A stretch of DNA of 64,000 bases, from assembly GCA_964106915.2 (NCBI GenBank), contig OZ066915.1. One strand, written 5' to 3'. How positions within the stretch are numbered: position 1 is the first letter of the stretch; the number at the start of each line of letters is the position of its first letter. A model generated the notes under the pieces. The model was not told the origin of the DNA. It worked only from the letters and a program-made list of their open reading frames with translations, and searched no databases. A program made the translations under genes and the position numbers. Source of the DNA: Podarcis gaigeae. Lineage: Eukaryota. This document shows, piece by piece, positions 11,269 through 22,989 of the stretch.

Positions 11269-11368
11269 ACGTAGACAGAATGGTAAGATGCTTCAGGTTG
11301 ACTGCTGCGTGTTTCATTTAGCCTTGCAAGTGATAAGATTTTCTTCCCCCCCCCTTTTTTTGTTTTAG

Positions 11369-11784
11369 GCCAGCCAGGGGCCTACCCAGGAGCTGCTTAT
11401 CCTCCCAACCCTTCTTATCCAGCGGGCTTCAACCCTGCCCACCCCCCTCCTGTGAATCCTGCCTTTCCCCCAGGTCCAGTACCTGTTGGCCCATATCCTG
11501 GGCCCCCAGCAGGGATCCCCGGGCAACCTGCATACCCACCAGGCCATTCTATCCTGCCCCCGTATGCTGGACACCAACCTGGTTACCCTGTCCCCCCTGG
11601 CGGTCCTTACCCCCCACCTGCCCCAGGTATGCCTGGAGGGATGGGGGTGAATCCTTTGCTGCCCGGGGCTGTTGCCATGGGGACCCATGGGATGGATAAG
11701 AAGGCAGCGAAGAAGATGAAGAAGAAGATGAAGAAGGCGCACAAGATGGACAAGTCACACAAGCACCACAAGATGCATGGGAAG
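11369..11784 (+). CDS. PRR13: PRR13 coding exon 2 (Pro/Gly/Tyr-rich region and Lys/His-rich tail)
   Basis: Acceptor TTTTAG|GC, donor AAG|GTGTGT; translation ...NPAHPPPVNPAFPPGP...DKKAAKKMKKKMKKAHK...HGK typical of PRR13. Confidence 0.93.
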
Positions 11785-11884
11785 GTGTGTGAAAGAGGAA
11801 GGGAGGGTTGGAGAAGAACAGGAAACTTGGACTTTCTTTACTTGTTGCTGTGCTTCAAGAAGCTAGCCAATCTGCTGCTCTTCA

Positions 11885-12133
11885 GAGAGCCAGTGTGGTG
11901 TAGTGGTTAAGAGCGGTAGACTCGTAATCTGGTGAACCGGGTTCGCTTCCCCGCTCCTCCACATGCAGCTGCTGGGTGACCTTGGGCCAGTCACACTTCT
12001 CTGAAGTCTCTCAGCCTCACTCACCTCACAGAGTGTTTGTTGTGGGGGAGGAAGGGAAAGGAGATTGTTAGCCGCTTTGAGACTCCTTAGGGTAGTGATA
12101 AAGCAGGATATCAAATCCAAACCCTTCTTCTTC
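11885..12133 (+). mobile_element. Squam3-type tRNA-derived SINE
   Basis: A-box TGGTGTAGTGG, B-box GGTTCGCTTCC, (TTC)n tail. Confidence 0.8.
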
Positions 12134-12219
12134 AGATGTTGCTGGACTCACATCATCCCTGACCGTTGTCCATGCCAGATGGGGCTGATGGGAGTTGGAA
12201 TTTAGCAACATCTAAGGGC

Positions 12220-12930
12220 TAGGACTGGGCAATATTTCATCCAAAACTGTTTTGAAGTCCATATTGTGATATCAGCTTCATAGTTTTTGACCTTGCGATA
12301 TAACATGAGCCGTTATGTATGTTAGGGCTGGGCAATGTATTGTCCAAAACCAGTTTGAATTCCATATCGTGATATCAGCTTCATAATATTTGACCTGGTG
12401 ATATATTGTAAATCGTGATTGTGTGTGTGTGTGTATGCTTTGCAAAAATCACGATGCAGGAAAAAATGTGAAGCCAGCCAATGCCTCTATGTAGCTCCAT
12501 CCTTATTACAGGCATTGTGATTATATTAGTATATTGCAATGTTTAAAAGGTAAAGGGACCCCTGACCATTAGGTCCAGTCATGACCGACTCTGGGGTTGC
12601 GGTGCTCATCTCACTTTATTGGCCGAGGGAGCCGGCGTACAGCTTCCGGGTCATGGGGCCAGCATGACTAAGCCACTTCTGGCGAACCAGAGCAGCATAC
12701 AGAAACACCGTTTACCTTCCCGCTGGAGCGTTACCTATTTATCTACTTGCACTTCGTGCTTTCAAACTGCTAGGTTGGCAGGAACAGGGACCGAGCAACG
12801 GGAGCTCACCCCGTCACGGGGATTCAAACCGCCGACCTTCTGATCGGCAAGTCCTAGGCCACCCGCATCCCATTGTGATGTTTAGCTGGCATATATCACA
12901 ATGTTGAAAACCAGGTATCACCCAGCCCTA
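12220..12930 (-). mobile_element. hAT-like element (same family as 679-2054) with duplicated end and an inserted Sauria SINE
   Basis: TAGG(A/G)CTGGGCAAT at 12220 and 12323; ends CCCAGCCCTA at 12930. Confidence 0.65.
12546..12871 (-). mobile_element. Sauria SINE
   Basis: Near-identical to 3617-3971; degenerate TSD ATTG(CA/TG)ATGTTTA. Confidence 0.9.
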
Positions 12931-13773
12931 CTGTGGGGCATTATGTTGAGAGAGGCTTCCATGGAGGTAGAGGAGAGAAGGCCTGGTGGTCTGAGGTGAA
13001 TGGTCACTGGGCCTTCAACCGTGAGCTAGTCTGTGGAGTTTGTGATTAGAATTATTTTGGGGTGTAGCTGTAAATCATGGGGAGCGATGTTGGAGGAGGA
13101 TACACAGCGTGGTTGGGGAGAGGTACTCCTTTCTGCAGGGAAGAGCTCTGACCTCTGACAGTCAAACTGTGGACATGCGTATTCGCCATCTTCAGAAAAG
13201 AGCAATTGTGCCAGTTGGTGGGAAAAGGAGTCCCAGAGAGAGAAGGGGAGAAGAAAAAAATGGAACTGAAACAGATGGAAAGGGTGGGAGAAAGCCTTCT
13301 GCAAAATGGAAATGGATCCCAAACTGAATGATGGAAAGGGTGGGGAAAGTCCTTTGAAAGTAGTCACTTTGGACCGCTTGTTATTTGGGGATGGGTCAGT
13401 GAAATGGACTAAGATGGAGGGCAGTGGGAGGCAGCAACCGAATAGTGACACTGGGGGGGGGGGGAGCACTATTCAATGCTGCAAGTTCCCGTTCATCGGC
13501 TGCAAACTCTAGTTGTCTTTGTCCATGGCAAACGGCCCTTCGCAGTGGGGGGGGGGAGAAACTCCAGTACTTGTTCAGAGTCTGTCTTTTCCTTCATCCA
13601 ATCTGTGTGTATAGGAAACAGTAATTTCAGCTGATAATGAGGCATTAATATCCTCAATTGACATTTTCTTGAGCTGAGCTCCGGGATAGATTAAAGCCCT
13701 GATTAGATTTCGGTAGCAGTAACACTGAGTCAGAATTGAAGTCTCATGAGCCTCCCTCTTCTTCTGTTTACAG

Positions 13774-13809
13774 CATTCCTCCTCTTCCAGCAGCAGTGAC
13801 TCCGACTGA
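13774..13809 (+). CDS. PRR13: PRR13 last coding exon, HSSSSSSSDSD*
   Basis: Acceptor TTTACAG|CAT, phase 0; Ser-rich DSD* terminus characteristic of PRR13; spliced CDS 156 aa. Confidence 0.93.
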   Translation, partial: HSSSSSSSDSD

Positions 13810-14357
13810 GGCCTGTTCCTACCTTCCAGACGTATCCTCTTCCCGCAAACCCTGATCCTTGCACCAGTCTTCCTGCTTCCAACAAGCGCCGATCTACTTA
13901 ACTGTCACCAGATAACAATGAGGGCTGCTTGTGGGTCACCCATTATTTACAGGGTTTGGCCAAAGTTTATCCCAACGGCATGCGCAACCTCCTGCAAAGT
14001 CTGATGGGAACTCTGGTGCTGATGATGATTTAAGCAGGGTTGGTGGGATCAGCAAATGAATCTTAAGAAAGTCAGAATGTGAGGCCACCAATTGGCTTAA
14101 GTAAAGTTCATCTGCAAATGCGTGGCAGCTTTTGCTCTTCTGAAATGTAGGCTGTTCAAAATGGCAGCCAATCAGGTTGTTTCTTGGCACCCTGAAGCTT
14201 TCTGATTGGCTTCCTGAGGCAGTTGGGGTCCAATTGAATGGATAAGATGTGCTTTAAGTGACAAAGAAGTGGGCCTTCAGATGGTGTTGTACTAGACCTC
14301 CCATCATCCCTTGCTGGCTGGGACTGATGGGAATGGTAGTTGCAACAACATCTAGAC

Positions 14358-14494
14358 CAGGGTTTCCCAAACTTGGTTCTCCAGCTGTTTTTGGACTACA
14401 TTTCCCATCATCCCTGACCCACGGGTCCTGCTAGCTAGGGATGATGGGAGTTGTAGTCCAAAAACAGCTGGAGAAACGAGTTTGGGAAACCCTG
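14358..14494. mobile_element. Near-perfect palindromic hAT (Charlie-type) MITE in the probable PRR13 3'UTR
   Basis: TIR CAGGGTTTCCCAAACT / AGTTTGGGAAACCCTG; flanks ATCTAGAC / GTCTAGAG fit the NTCTAGAN target consensus. Confidence 0.85.
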
Positions 14495-17400
14495 GTCTAG
14501 AGTGCCAAAGCATAGCCACCCTGGCCCAAGAATTTCAAAAAATGGTTCCCGTTCCTCAATATGATCATCTTTCCTGTGCTACCTGGGGAAATGGCAGATA
14601 GAAGCGAAGAGATTCAGAAAGTGTGTGTTGCTTATTTAATATAAGGTTGAATGATAGGTTTCTTAATATTGCAGATAAAATGTGCTTGATCAGGGATGAT
14701 TATGCTCCGTTGTGCAAACATTTCAGTAGCTTTATTATATTATTTCAGAGGTATGATTCATTTTTTTAATATAACTGAGGATGAAAATCTTGTTAGGGGT
14801 GTGTTTTAGAAAGCTTAAATACTAAACTTAAACATGGGGAAATAACACATTGGTCGTTTGCGTCATGTTTAATTGTAATGCTATAACCATGGGCAGAATT
14901 TTTGGTGGATTAAAGTGGGTATCTGATCCAAGATGGCTGGAGTATCTTAATGAATTGCAAAAAAACTAGGATCACACATCCTCGCCTGTAATGATAGAAT
15001 ACTCTAAGCCGTTGCACTTGGAGGGAGCATGTTCTCTTTTTAACTCACAATTGCTCTTTTTCCCTGCAGAAAGGGGCTGCTTAGGGAACAACCAGGTGTG
15101 CTTGGAGAATAAAAGGAACAAGTTGCAGTTGACCAACCAGTTAAAAAGTGCAAAGAGATTCTAAGCAAAATGGCTTCACACAGCTATCCTTTAAAACTCT
15201 TCCTTGTTCTGACAATTGTTATTGTTTTAGTATTTTGGATTAATATGTATATTATGTATATGTTTTAGTATTTTGGTTTAATGCATATTAAAGGCCACCC
15301 TGGGATCTATGCAGGACGAGCGGGTTACAAAAGTTCCAAATAAATAATTTTTAAAAATATCATGGTGCATGTTTTGAGAGTGCGAGGGAAAGCTTTGTGG
15401 AGTATAAACAGCAAGTTTAAGCGTGTCAGGGATTCTCCAGATTGTTCGACAAAGAAAGGGGGAGCACCACTGTGCAATATCCAGTGCACATTAGCAGATC
15501 ATAATTGTCAACATGCTAATTACTGTGTATCAGGATGAATCATCTTCTGCTTGTTTATTTCCTTTTGACATTTTGCTATTATAATTCAGCAGTTGAATAA
15601 CGGCAGTTACAAAAATGACTAGGCTAATCCTGGGCCTGATCCTGTGCTGGTGTAAAGCAGATACTGTTTTGTACATTGACACAATCTCCACACGCGGGCC
15701 TTGCTGACAAACAACAACATTTGTGGATAAAAAGTACATTTGCCTTGTGCCTTCCCCACGTCAGTCTCTTCAAACTGGTCCAATAAATGCAAATGTCACC
15801 CTCTGGACTCGTTTGTGGAGCCAGAATGGGAAGTGCATAATTATTTGTTTAGATTTCTATCTTGCCTTATATCCAAAGGTCCAGCAGTAGGAAGCATTAA
15901 AAGTAATGGACCTGAAAGGCTAGAATATTTCAACATGAAAGTTGAAATCCCCTTCCCCCCCCCTAAAATGATGCTTGTAAAGAGTTAATTTTCCCTAATC
16001 ACCTTTGGGGAGTTAGACTTGTCTCCAGGTAACCAGGCACGCTTATCCTGCTTTTGTTAAGGAAGACATTTGTTCTCTCTACCTGCCCCCCTCCTTTTAG
16101 GCTCAATATGTATACGTTTTACACAGATATGTGTGGGTAAGCAGGCTAATAAACATTTTTATTTGGGGATAGTATCCTTTTGCAGATGTGTTGGCAAAGC
16201 TGCCCAAAACATTTATCTGAATGAAAAGGACTTGTGATTCTTCCAAAACAAACCAGCGCCACTGTTAACCATTTGGCCCAACCGCTGAGTAGCATGACTG
16301 GCTGACTTTTTGACAACCTCCATTTGCCATTCCAGGGTAACAGCGCAGGCAGGTTTGTTTGGCCACTAGTGGGTCACTGCCCAGAGCTGGGGGGCTGTGC
16401 AAGGCTTGATGGGACACAGTTTGTGCAGGCCCATTCCAGAAGATATTTGTACCACGTCAGACATCGGAGAAGGGGAATGGCGGGGATGCCCAAAGCCCTC
16501 TGCTGCTGTTCTAAAGTAACCAATGCAAAGCACTGTGTTTATGAAAACAAAGGCTCTGGCTGCACCATCTTGTTTGCAGATAACACGAAGCCAAACCATG
16601 GTTTAATATGAACAAGCTGCAAATTTGCGGGCTCCCAAACAGGAGGTGGCTGTTGGCTTGCTCCTTGGCGTTTGCTAAGCCATGGTTTGGTTTAGCATTT
16701 GGTCTGGTCCCAGACTCGTGGTTTAGCTCTCTTTAAAGCACATGAGCGGTAAACTATGGAACAAACCTTGGTTGTAGCTTGTGGTTTGTCTGGAGACAGC
16801 TAAACCGTGGGTCTGGGTTCAGGCAAAATGCAAAGCCGAACCATCAATGCAGCAGCAGAACAAACACATGAATGGCAAAGGGCACATGCCAAACCAAGGA
16901 GGGTGTAAATTGGGATGGGTGAGGGGTGTGGCGAGGGAGAGAGGGTGACCTAGGGAGAATCCCTGGGGCCAGATAAGGCAGACATAGGAAGTGCTACATT
17001 TGGGTCCTAATTATGAGGTTTCCTTTCCTTCTTCCTTCAAGAAGAAGCTAATGAATCTCTAGCAGAATAGTCTCAACATCTTCACCAAACTTCGAGGTTT
17101 GGGAGGAAGCCATGTAATATCAAAATATGTGGCATGGATGCACAATCTCCATATACCTCTTCGCTGCAGACAGCTGCCTTCTTTCCTCAGCCCAGCCCAG
17201 CAGACCACCAGCTCAAAAACCTGCTCCCCCGTGACTTGTGTTGTTTAGAAAAACGGGTTGTTGACTTTAGCCTTTCAAAAGGCGGACTCTATTGGATGGG
17301 TAAATGGTATTCTCAATTTTTGGAACCGTTCTCCCCAGAGCGGCTTCAATTTTTAAGTCACATTAAGGGACTGATGACGTGAATATATATATATATATAT

Positions 17401-17999
17401 ATATATCCTTTAAATAGCAGGACAAAAATAGAAAAGCATGCTGAGAGGCTATTCTGCTACCACAGTCGAGTGACTAAAGCAGGCCTCCTCAGTTTGAGAC
17501 CCCCGGCAACAGAAAAGTCCTGCTTGATCAGACCCAAAGACCTCCCTTTCATTTTATTTGTTAACGAAAAAATAACAAGGTGCTCATATAATCTGTGCAG
17601 TACAACATATAAGGCTATTTAAAAACAACAACCCTAAGAACATCAATCAATACTGATTGGTTTAAAATTAATTAGAAAATCATTATTATTATTATTATCA
17701 TGTATTCAATTTATGCCACCCTTTCTCAAAAGATCCCAGGGCAGTGCACAACATTAAAAACACATTACAGAACATCAGTAATAAAAACATAGTAAAAAGC
17801 ATACAGACAGAAGGACAGATAGTAAAATAATTAGTGACACTCCCCTGCCCCACACTTTCATAGGCCACAGATGATTTAACGGTCATAGACCTGGGGAAAG
17901 AGGAATGTTTTTGCCTGGCGCCTAAAGACATATCATGATGGCACCAGACAGGCCTCTCTGGGGAGAGCATGCTGCAAAGGCATGCAAGACAGGGATAGT

Positions 18000-18343
18000 A
18001 AAGGTAAAGGGACCTCTGACCATTAGGTCCAGTTGTGGCCGACTCTGGGGTTGCGGCGCTCATCTTGCTTTATTGGCCGAGGGAGCCGGCATACAGCTTC
18101 TGAGTCATGTGGCCAGCATGATTAAGCTGCTTCTGGCGAACCAGAGCAGCGCATGGAAACGCCGTTTACCTTCCCGCTGAAGTGGTACCTACTTATCTAC
18201 TTGCACTTTGACGTGCTTTTCTGCTAGGTTGGCAGGAGCAGGGACCAAGCAACGGGCGCTCACCCCATCACGGGGATTCGAACCGCCGACCTTCTGATCG
18301 GCAAGTCCTAGGCTCTGTGGTTTAACCCACAGCACCACCCGCG
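18000..18343 (-). mobile_element. Sauria SINE
   Basis: Similar to 3617-3971. Confidence 0.9.
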
Positions 18344-18344
18344 T

Positions 18345-18663
18345 AAAGGACCCCGAGACGGTTAAGTCCAGTCAAAGGTGACTCTGGGGTTGCAGCGCTC
18401 ATCTTGCTTTAAGGCCAAGGGAGCCAGCGTTTGTCCACAGTCAGTTTTCTGGGTCATGTGGCCAGCGGGACTAAACTGCTACTGGCGCATGGAAACACCA
18501 TTTACCTTCCTGCCACAGTGGTACCTAGTTATCTACTTGTACTAGCATGCTTTTGAACTGCTAGGTTGGCAGGAGCTGAGACAGAGCAACGGGAGCTCAC
18601 CTCGTCGTCCAATCAGCAAGCCCAAGAGGCTCGGTGGTTTAGACCCCAGCGCCACCTGTGTCC
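18345..18663 (-). mobile_element. Sauria SINE, divergent subfamily, abutting the previous copy
   Basis: Same core with a different 3' end (GGACCCCGAGACGGTTAAGTCCAGTC on +). Confidence 0.8.
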
Positions 18664-19029
18664 TCAACTTTAGGGAGTTCCACACTGCAGGGCCTGCGTC
18701 ACTCAAGGCACGATCCCTAGTGATGGCCAAGTGACCATCAGGGGGTATGGGGCTCTGTTCTGCTCTGCTGGCTCATCAGCAGAATAACATGTTGCCAGCC
18801 CCCTGTTCCTGTGAGCACCTTGGCTAATGGCGGCTTTTGAACCAGAAACTGGGGCAGCCCCACAAAAAAGCACGTTACAGCAATCAAGCCTTGAGGTTAG
18901 CAAGGCATGAGCCACTGTACTGTTTTAAAAGTGCATTCTATATTTGACCACCTTCAGTTATGTTTTATTTTGACATCTTTTAAGACAATATTTTAAGTTT
19001 CCTGTTAGTTACGGTGCTTTGAATGTATA

Positions 19030-19278
19030 CAGTGGTACCTCGGTTTTCGAACGTCTCAGAAGCCGAACGCTTTGGGTTTCGAACGCCCAGGTTTCAAAAA
19101 CCCGGAAGGAAATGCTTCCGTTTTCGAACGCACCTCGGAAGCTGAACGGTTTCCACTGCGTTTGTTTCAATTTTCTCCACTGATTTTTCTCACTGCCATT
19201 TGCACCTCAGTTGTTGAATGTTTCAGAAATCGAACGGTCTTCCGGAACAGATTACATTTGACAAGTAAGGTACCACTG
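19030..19278. mobile_element. Tc1/mariner MITE (TTCGAAC-rich variant)
   Basis: TA-CAGTGGTACCT...AGGTACCACTG-TA. Confidence 0.8.
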
Positions 19279-19287
19279 TATTCTATA

Positions 19288-19503
19288 CAGTGGTACCTCG
19301 GGTTAAGAATTTAATTTAATTCTGGAGGTCCGTTCTTAACCTCAAACTGTTCTTAACCTGAGGTACCACTTTAGCTAATGGGGCCTCCCGCCGCCACCGC
19401 TGGATTTCTGTTCTCATCCTGAAGCAAAGTTCTTAACCCGAGGTACTATTTCTAGGTTAGCAGAGTCTGTAACCTGAAGTGTCTGTAACCCGAGTTACTA
19501 CTG
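19288..19503 (-). mobile_element. Tc1/mariner MITE
   Basis: Same family as 7496-7737; TA flanks. Confidence 0.85.
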
Positions 19504-21901
19504 TATTCCATAGCCATCGTTATTAGCTGCTATTGGCAAAACTGTATCAGGAATTTTATTTTAAAGCAAGGGTGAGAAACCTTGGGCCTAAGGGGTTAAA
19601 GGCAGCCCCCACCAGCTTCTGACTGACCCTTGATCCCTCCCTCACTGGCGCTGCTCCATTCCAGCTGTTTTTGCCTGGCTGGAATGTGTCCTTGAACTCT
19701 CTGATAATGCCTCTCATTTTCTCCATGGAGGATGCAGAGGGGGGCACAGTGTGTATAGACACAGGCTCACTGTAAAAAAAATGTAAAATCTGCTTTAATT
19801 GTCCCTGCTGACCAATGAATGGCATGTAGTCCTCTGAAGATGGCCCAGAAGGGAATGCAAACTTTGGAGTGAAAAAAGGCTCCCCCCTCCCACCTTTGGA
19901 AAACCATCCAAGTTAGAAGCACAGCCCACCTGCAAGGCATTGTGATCTGCCAGGTGTTGCAAATGAAGGCAAGGTGTGGGGTGTTCTCTAGCCGGCTTGA
20001 TTGTGCGGCTTTGTCTGGGAACTGGGAGTTCTTGCTGGCGACAATCCTGGGTGTTGAAGAAGCTGGAGGGAGACTGTTTTCAAGTGCTCTGAAAAGAACT
20101 GCCCCTTCTTTTTCTTCCACCCTCCACCCAGAATGTTAAAAAAGGGAAGCTGAGTTAATTGAACTATCTTTTCACACAACAGGGAAGACTGGAATTGATT
20201 TGGCTACAGCTATGCATAAGACTGGGCTCTATGAGCCCTATTTAAAATAAAAAACACATCTTTGCACATATTGTTTTTAACCAATTCAGTCTTTATTGGT
20301 AGTTGTGCCCTTGTTTTTCAGAAAGATGGAGATGCAGTGAGTTAGACAAGCTTTTGCCAAACAGGGTTGCTTCCAGACTCTCACTATTTTCAGTTGGGGT
20401 TCAGCCACATACTGGAAATTTCAGATTACGCAATTATAGTTGATAAGGCAGTCTTGTGAAACAAACCCACTTCCTCAAAAGATTGGACTTTTGGTGGCAG
20501 ATAAAGTTCTGTGGAAAATGTACTGGAATGGACTTGCTTTGATGCAAAATAACCTCACCTCCCTGAGTGCATGCTCATTAAATAGCCAAAGTTGGCTAAT
20601 CTCCCTGCAAACAAATCAGAATGAATAGTCCATGGAAGCATGCTTACATGCTACTAAGGAGGGGGTTAGTTTGAGTTTATCTCATAGGTTCCTTACACAT
20701 TATACGTTTAAAGCAGATTAAAAGTACATTTCTCCCTTCAAAGAATTTGGGGCACCTGGAAATTGTAACTCTGTGAGAGGTGAACTACAGTGCCCAGAAT
20801 TCTTTGAGCTTTGAAACTGCTTTAAAGGTATAAGCAAGTGAACAACCATAGTCAGTTTTCTTTTTTTAACTGCACTTGTTGCAATTTTATTATTTAGATC
20901 CCTTTGTCTCTCAAGTGTCAACTTAAAATAATTTTCTCCATATGCAGACATAGTAAGGGCTTGTTAGCATACACATTATGAAACATGGACTTCCTTCTCC
21001 TCCTAGCTGTTTTTTTTTTATGGATCATTTTCATATCCTTGTCATAAAGATAGGTACAGCCTTTCTTTAGCAACCAGGACGCAGAGCAGAGCAGGATTTA
21101 CCTCTGTATCCTTGAATAGCTGAATGTTCCTGTGAGATTGAGAATAAATTAGCAAACTGAAATAGCACCGACATTGTGTGAGAGTTAACACCTGTTAAAA
21201 TAAGAGGGCTGTTCACACTCTGATCTCAGTTTTATGCCACTGTCAGTTTTCTTCATGTATTTCTACACATTCACCCCCGGGTTTGCACAACTAAGCAAAA
21301 TGAGGACCTTTTCCTACAAGGATGCAGTGTTCACATAGGGAAACGAATGTATAACAGTGAGAGTACAGATCACATGGATGTCTATTTTGCTGCAAATGCA
21401 CACAAAGGTGTTCAGCACAATGAAACACAGAGGCTTTTTTCAGTGCTCCCCCCAAAAAAAGAACTACCGAAGTGATTGCCACAAAAAAGCACCTTGAAGA
21501 CTAACAGACAGAAGCTTTCGTGGATCAGGGCACACTTCCATCAGTACTTTGTTACTGAACCCTTTATTATGAGCCAAAGGAAGTGTTTGTTCCATTGTGT
21601 GGACAAATTATCTTTTTCTTAGGGCTAATTCACAGATTCCGTTTTGCCTCACTGCAATGTCGCTTAGGGTTGTTGTTTTTTAAAGAAGTATTTCCTTCCT
21701 CACTGAATAATCATTGCTGCCCTTCATAAATCTGGGATTTGGGGACAGTGTTTCTGCATCAGACTGATTCATACTAACATTTACTTAGAATAGACCTGTT
21801 GAAATTAGTGAACCTAAATTAGTCATGATTGGTAGCCAACTTGTGCACCCTGCTCCCTAAAAGGCAGAACTCCTGGAGATTAGCCAGAGCCTAAGCAGCA
21901 G

Positions 21902-22435
21902 TCATGAAATTAAAAGACGCCTGCTTCTTGGGAGAAAAGCAATGACAAACCTAGACAGCATCTTAAAAAGCAGGGACATCACCTTGCCAACAAAGGTCCG
22001 TATAGTTAAAGCTATGGTTTTCCCAGTAGTGATGTATGGAAGTGAGAGCTGGACCATAAAGAAGGCTGATCGCCGAAGAATTGATGCTTTTGAATTCTGG
22101 TGCTGGAGGAGACTCTTGAGAGTCCCAAGGACTGCAAGAAGATCAAACCTAGCCATTCTTAAGGAAATCAGCCCCGAGTGCTCACTGGAAGGACAGATTG
22201 TGAAGCTGAGGCTCCAATACTTTGGCCACTTCATGAGAAGAGAAGACTCCCTGGAAAAGACCCTGATGTTGGGAAAGATGGAGGGCACAAGAAGGGGACG
22301 ACAGAGGACAAGATGGTTGGACAGTGTTCTTGAAGCTACCAGCATGAGTTTGACCAAACTGCAGGAGGCAGTAGAAGACATCCATGTGCCTGGCATCCAT
22401 GGGGTCACGAAGAGTCGGACACGACTAAACAACAA
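21902..22435 (+). mobile_element. 5'-truncated BovB (RTE) LINE
   Basis: Open frame MTNLDSILKSRDITLPTKVRIVKAMVFPVVMYGSESWT...KLRLQYFGHFMRREDSLEKTLMLGKMEG; CGACTAAACAACAA tail. Confidence 0.92.
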
Positions 22436-22989
22436 AGCATGTTTCAGAAGCACTCCAAGACCCATTTATTGAAGAGCTTCTTTTAATGGCTGGCGGTGGT
22501 AGATTTTTACTGTATCGTTTTATTCGGATGCTTTATGTTGTTTAAATCGCATTACCAATCTTAAACCTTTTGAGTAAGCCAGACTACATCCACACACACA
22601 TACAGTTCAGACACATCACATGTGTAAAAGTCAATGGTAAAACTTGTGTGCTTTGACTAGAGACACCGTCATGGTGATGGGTGTGGAATATATGTCACAA
22701 GGGGACGTGTGTCGGTGGGGTCCCAGGTTTCCCTCTCACAAAGGCGTCCCAAAGCACATGTCCTAATGGAAGCAAAGGCACTGACAAGGGCGCCCTGGAG
22801 AACGGGGTCGGGGGCGAGGGACTCTTCTCAGCCCCCAATCCGATTCCGTCCCAGCTCTTTTTGTCAGTTTACTTTGTCCTATAAAACTTAACAGGAGCTC
22901 CTCTGAGCCACTTCTGCCCCTTCCACCTCCTCCTGGTTCCTCTCTCTCAATTATGCTGAAGTCCTGGTGGGAACAGCCTTTGTATCTGC

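Larger units (their letters stand above)
17690..18920 (-). mobile_element. Older L2 LINE fragment interrupted by two tandem Sauria SINEs
   Basis: Minus-strand AHALLTSRLDCCN and RDRALSDAGPAVWNSL motifs; (TTA)n tail near 17683-17698. Confidence 0.65.

Noticed and set aside
11785-11910. Extension of the PRR13 ORF (VCERGREG...)
   Set aside because: Intron read-through past the AAG|GT donor into a SINE; the true terminus is at 13774-13809.
11885-11960. tRNA-like sequence (also at ~3470-3541 and in Sauria SINE heads)
   Set aside because: These are SINE heads continuing into SINE bodies and tails, not tRNA genes.
16560-16860. Region rich in AAACCATGGTTT-type inverted motifs
   Set aside because: Looks like a decayed DNA-transposon remnant; boundaries and TSD could not be defined, so it is not annotated.
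21902-22465. 187-aa antisense ORF
   Set aside because: Shadow frame of BovB; the same peptide recurs antisense to the 1241-1715 copy.
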